In this document: in pieces, positions 23,016-26,707 of the stretch
How positions within the stretch are numbered: position 1 is the first letter of the stretch
Layout of the letters: each line of letters starts with the position of its first letter
Assembly: GCA_002189035.1 (NCBI GenBank)
Contig: NEEC01000253.1
Location: forward strand, 1-26,707
DNA: 26,707 nucleotides
Direction: 5' to 3'
Origin: Utricularia gibba
Lineage: Eukaryota > Plantae > Magnoliophyta
Notes under the pieces: generated by a model
The model's database searches: none
What the model was told of the DNA's origin: nothing
What the model saw: only the letters and a program-made list of their open reading frames with translations
Program-made: the position numbers and the translations under genes

Positions 23016-26000
23016 CGACGAAAATCGTGATGCAGTTATTGAAGTTAGGATTCATGAGCACCAAAATGGTTTTCTCAACCGCATGCTTTATATTTGATAA
23101 GGCACTCTCGTGGGGCAACGGTATCGAGCAGGAGGTCGAGTCGAGCTCGGCCCAGAGTCATTTGTAGCCCGGCAAAAAAATTGATGCATTTATTAACGTT
23201 GGGTTATTAGGCTGCCTACATGTTTCTCAAGGAAAAGCTTGTCGTTTCTGGCGGGTGATGTCTTTTGGAACTTCGTTCTGACCATAGGTTCGGTCTGACT
23301 CCTTTGCCACATCGGGTCCTACTCGACGAAAATCGTGATGCAGTTATTGAAGTTAGGATTCATGAGCACCCAAAATGGTTTTCTCAACCGCATGCTTTAT
23401 ATTTGATAAGGCACTCTCGTGGGGCAACGGTATCGAGCAGGAGGTCGAGTCGAGCTCGGGCCAGAGTCATTTGTAGCCCGGCAAAAAAATTGATGCATTT
23501 ATTAACGTTGGTTTATAGGCTGCCTCATAGTTTCTCAAGGAAAAGCTTGTCGTTTTTGGGCGGGTGATGTCGTTTGGAACTTCGTTCTGACCATAGTTCG
23601 GTCTGACTCCTTTGCCACATCGGGTCCTACTCGACGAAAATCGTGATGCAGTTATTGAAGTTAGGATTCATGAGCACCCAAAATGGTTTTCTCAACCGCA
23701 TGCTTTATATTTGATAAGGTGCTCTCGTGGGGCAACGGTATCGAGCAGGAGGTCGAGTCGAGCTCGGGCCCATAGTCATTTGTAGCCGGCAAAAAACTTG
23801 ATGCATTTATTAACGTTGGTTTTAATAGGCTGCCTAATGGTTTTCTCAAGGAAAAGCTTGTCGTTTCTGGGCGGGTGATGTCTTTTGGAACTTCGTTCTG
23901 ACCATAGTTCGGTCTGACTCCTTTGCCACATCGGGTCCTACTCGACGAAAATCGTGATGCAGTTATTGAAGTTAGGATTCATGAGCACCCAAAATGGTTT
24001 TCTCAACCGCATGCTTTATATTTGATAAGGCTCTCTGTGGGGCAACGGTATCGAGCAGGAGGTCGAGTCGAGCTCGGGCCATAGTCATTTGTAGCTCGGC
24101 AAAAAACTTGATGCATTTATTAACGTTGGGTTTTAATAGGCTGCCTACATGTTTTCTCAAGGAAAAGCTTGTCGTTTTTGGGCGGGTGATGTCTTTGGAA
24201 CTTCGTTCTGACCAAGGTTCGGTCTGACTCCTTTGCCACATCGGTCCTACTCGACGAAAATCGTGATGCAGTTATTGAAGTTAGGATTTCATGAGCACCC
24301 AAAATGGTTTTCTCAACGCATGCTTTATTTTGATAAGGTGCTCTCGTGGGGCAACGGTATCGAGTAGGAGGTCGTCGAGCTCGGGCCATAGTCATTTGTA
24401 GCTCGGCAAAAAACTTGATGCATTTATTAACGTTGGTTTTAATAGGCTGCCTCAATGGTTTTCTCAAGGAAAAGCTTGTCGTTTTTGGGCGGTGATGTCG
24501 TTGTGAACTTCGTTCTGACCCAAGGTTCGGTCTGTCCTCTTTGCCAAATCGGTCCTACTCGACGAAAATCGTGATGCAGTTATTGAAGTTAGGATTTCAT
24601 GAGCACCCAAAATGGTTTTGTATTGAGGAGGCGCTCTAGTGGGGCAACGGTATCGGGCAAAAGGTCGAGTCGAGCTCGCTCCCAGAGTCATTTTTAGCCG
24701 GCAAAAAATTGATGCATTTATTAACGTTGGTTTTAGGCTGCCTACATGGTTTCTCAAGGAAAAGCTTGTCGTTTCTGGGCGGGTGATGTCTTTTGGAACT
24801 TCGTTCTGACCATAGGTTCGGTCTGACTCCTTTGCCACATCGGGTCCTACTCGACGAAAATCGTGATGCAGTTATTGAAGTTAGGATTCATGAGCACCAA
24901 AATGGTTTTCTCAACCGCATGCTTTATATTTGATAAGGCACTCTCGTGGGGCAACGGTATCGAGCAGGAGGTCGAGTCGAGCTCGGGCCCAGAGTCATTT
25001 GTAGCCCGGCAAAAAAATTGATGCATTTATTAACGTTGGTTTATAGGCTGCCTACATGTTTCTCAAGGAAAAGCTTGTCGTTTTTGGGCGGGTGATGTCG
25101 TTTGGAACTTCGTTCTGACCAAGGTTCGGTCTGACTCCTTTGCCACATCGGGTCCTACTCGACGAAAATCGTGATGCAGTTATTGAAGTTAGGATTCATG
25201 AGCACCCAAAATGGTTTTCTCAACCGCATGCTTTATATTTGATAGGCGCTCTCGTGGGGCAACGGTATCGAGCAGGAGGTCGAGTCGAGCTCGGCCCATA
25301 GTCATTTGTAGCTCGGCAAAAAATTGATGCATTTATTAACGTTGGTTTTAATAGGCTGCCTACATGGTTTTCTCAAGGAAAAGCTTGTCGTTTCTGGGCG
25401 GGTGATGTTTTTGGAACTTCGTTCTGACCAAGGTTCGGTCTGACTCCTTTGCCACATCGGGTCCTACTCGACGAAAATCGTGATGCAGTTATTGAAGTTA
25501 GGATTCATGAGCACCCAAAATGGTTTTCTCAACCGCATGCTTTATATTTGATAAGGCTCTCGTGGGGCAACGGTATCGAGCAGGAGGTCGAGTCGAGCTC
25601 GGGCCAGAGTCATTTGTAGCTCGGCAAAAAATTGATGCATTTATTAACGTTGGGTTTTAATAGGCTGCCTACATGTTTCTCAAGGAAAAGCTTGTCGTTT
25701 TGGGCGGTGATGTTTTGGAACTTCGTTCTGACCAAGGTTCGTCTGACTCCTTTGCCAATCGGGTCCTACTCGACGAAAATCGTGATGCAGTTATTGAAGT
25801 TAGGATTTCATGAGCACCCAAAATGGTTTTCTCAACCGCATGCTTTATATTTGATAAGGTGCTCTCGTGGGGCAACGGTATCGAGTAGGAGGTCGAGTCG
25901 AGCTCGGGCCCATAGTCATTTGTAGCTCGGCAAAAAACTTGATGCATTTATTAACGTTGGTTTTAATAGGCTGCCTCATGGTTTTCTCAAGGAAAAGCTT

Positions 26001-26381
26001 GTCGTTTTTGGCGGGTGATGTCGTTGTGAACTTCGTTCTGACCCAAGGTTCGGTCTGTCTCCTTTGGGTCCTACTCGACGAAAATCGTGATGCAGTTATT
26101 GAAGTTAGGATTTCATGAGCACCAAAATGGTTTTTCAACCGCATGCTTTATATTTGATAAGGCGCTCTCGTGGGGCACGGTATCGGGCAGGTCGAGTCGA
26201 GCTCGGCCCAGAGTCATTTTTAGCCGGCAAAAAATTGATGCATTTATTAACGTTGGGTTTTAATAGGCTGCCTACATGGTTTCTCAAGGAAAAGCTTGTC
26301 GTTTCTGGGCGGGTGATGTCTTTTGGAACTTCGTTCTGACCATAGGTTCGGTCTGACTCCTTTGCCACATCGGGTCCTACT
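23016..26381 (+). repeat. X-rich, less ordered part of the array
   Basis: Order X(23016) X(23324) hybrid(23632) hybrid(23943) Y(24252) Z-deleted(24560) X(24852) X(25160) X(25469) Y(25771) hybrid(26076). The Y-Z alternation is largely lost. Confidence 0.75.
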
Positions 26382-26707
26382 CGACGAAAATCGTGATGCA
26401 GTTATTGAAGTTAGGATTTCATGAGCACCCAAAATGGTTTTCTCAACCGCATGCTTTATATTTGATAAGGCTCTCTCGTGGGGCAACGGTATCGAGTAGG
26501 AGTCGAGTCGAGCTCGGGCCCATAGTCATTTGTAGCTCGGCAAAAAACTTGATGCATTTATTAACGGTTGGTTTTAATAGGCTGCCTAATGGTTTTCTCA
26601 AGGAAAAGCTTGTCGTTTTTGGGCGGGTGATGTCGTTGTGAACTTCGTTCTGACCCAAGGTTCGGTCTGTCTCCTTTGCCAAATCGGTCCTACTCGACGA
26701 AAATCGT

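Larger units (their letters stand above)
1..26707 (+). repeat. Satellite-type tandem repeat array, ~313-315 bp monomer, ~86 copies, head-to-tail, filling the whole window
   Basis: The anchor CGACGAAAATCGTGATGCAGTTATTGAAG (or a slightly damaged copy) recurs at 61, 370, 682, 998, 1311, 1620, 1935 ... 26076, 26382, 26695. That gives 86 intervals over 26634 bp, mean ~310 bp; clean copies are 312-315 bp. Every interval is a variant of the same sequence, in the same orientation. Confidence 0.99.

Noticed and set aside
72-26682. More than 130 short ORFs (61-191 aa) on both strands, longest 22302-22877 (-)
   Set aside because: They are the same few peptides (e.g. GAHEILTSITASRFSSSRT, MQLLKLGFHEHPKWFSQPHAL) read from the repeat in all frames. 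They are joined differently by indels, with no frame preserved between copies and no domain I recognise.
61-26707. CRISPR-like reading: conserved ~60-bp block separated by variable sequence
   Set aside because: The intervening ~255-bp segments are ~88-100% similar to each other rather than unique spacers. The sizes are far outside CRISPR norms, and there are no cas genes or leader.
1-26707. Assignment to a known family (CentC, CentO, alpha satellite, 5S rDNA, tRNA/SINE array, LTR tandem)
   Set aside because: Only the ~157-bp subunit size is similar. I recognise no sequence match, Pol III boxes, 5S core, LTR termini or target-site duplications. A database search is needed.

Overview
The whole 26.7-kb window is one uninterrupted, head-to-tail, single-orientation satellite-type tandem array. 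It has about 86 copies of a ~313-315 bp monomer (mean spacing ~310 bp because of small deletions). I see no unique sequence, transposon insertion, inversion, RNA gene or credible protein-coding gene; all listed ORFs are repeat translations. The structure is nested at four levels. (1) Each monomer is an old dimer of two ~157-bp subunits. (2) Three monomer types can be told apart, here called X, Y and Z, plus hybrids. (3) Y+Z form a ~628-bp higher-order repeat, with its longest clean run at 14909-20539. (4) The order of types recurs loosely every 19 monomers (~5.9 kb). Differences between types include reciprocal C>T/G>A changes at CG and CHG sites, weakly suggesting a plant-like methylated satellite. 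Frequent homopolymer indels and chimeric monomers suggest uncorrected long-read or consensus error, so fine-scale variants need read-level checking. I cannot name the species or satellite family, and I found no evidence for a novel gene-based system. All counts and coordinates were made by hand and may be off by a few bases.
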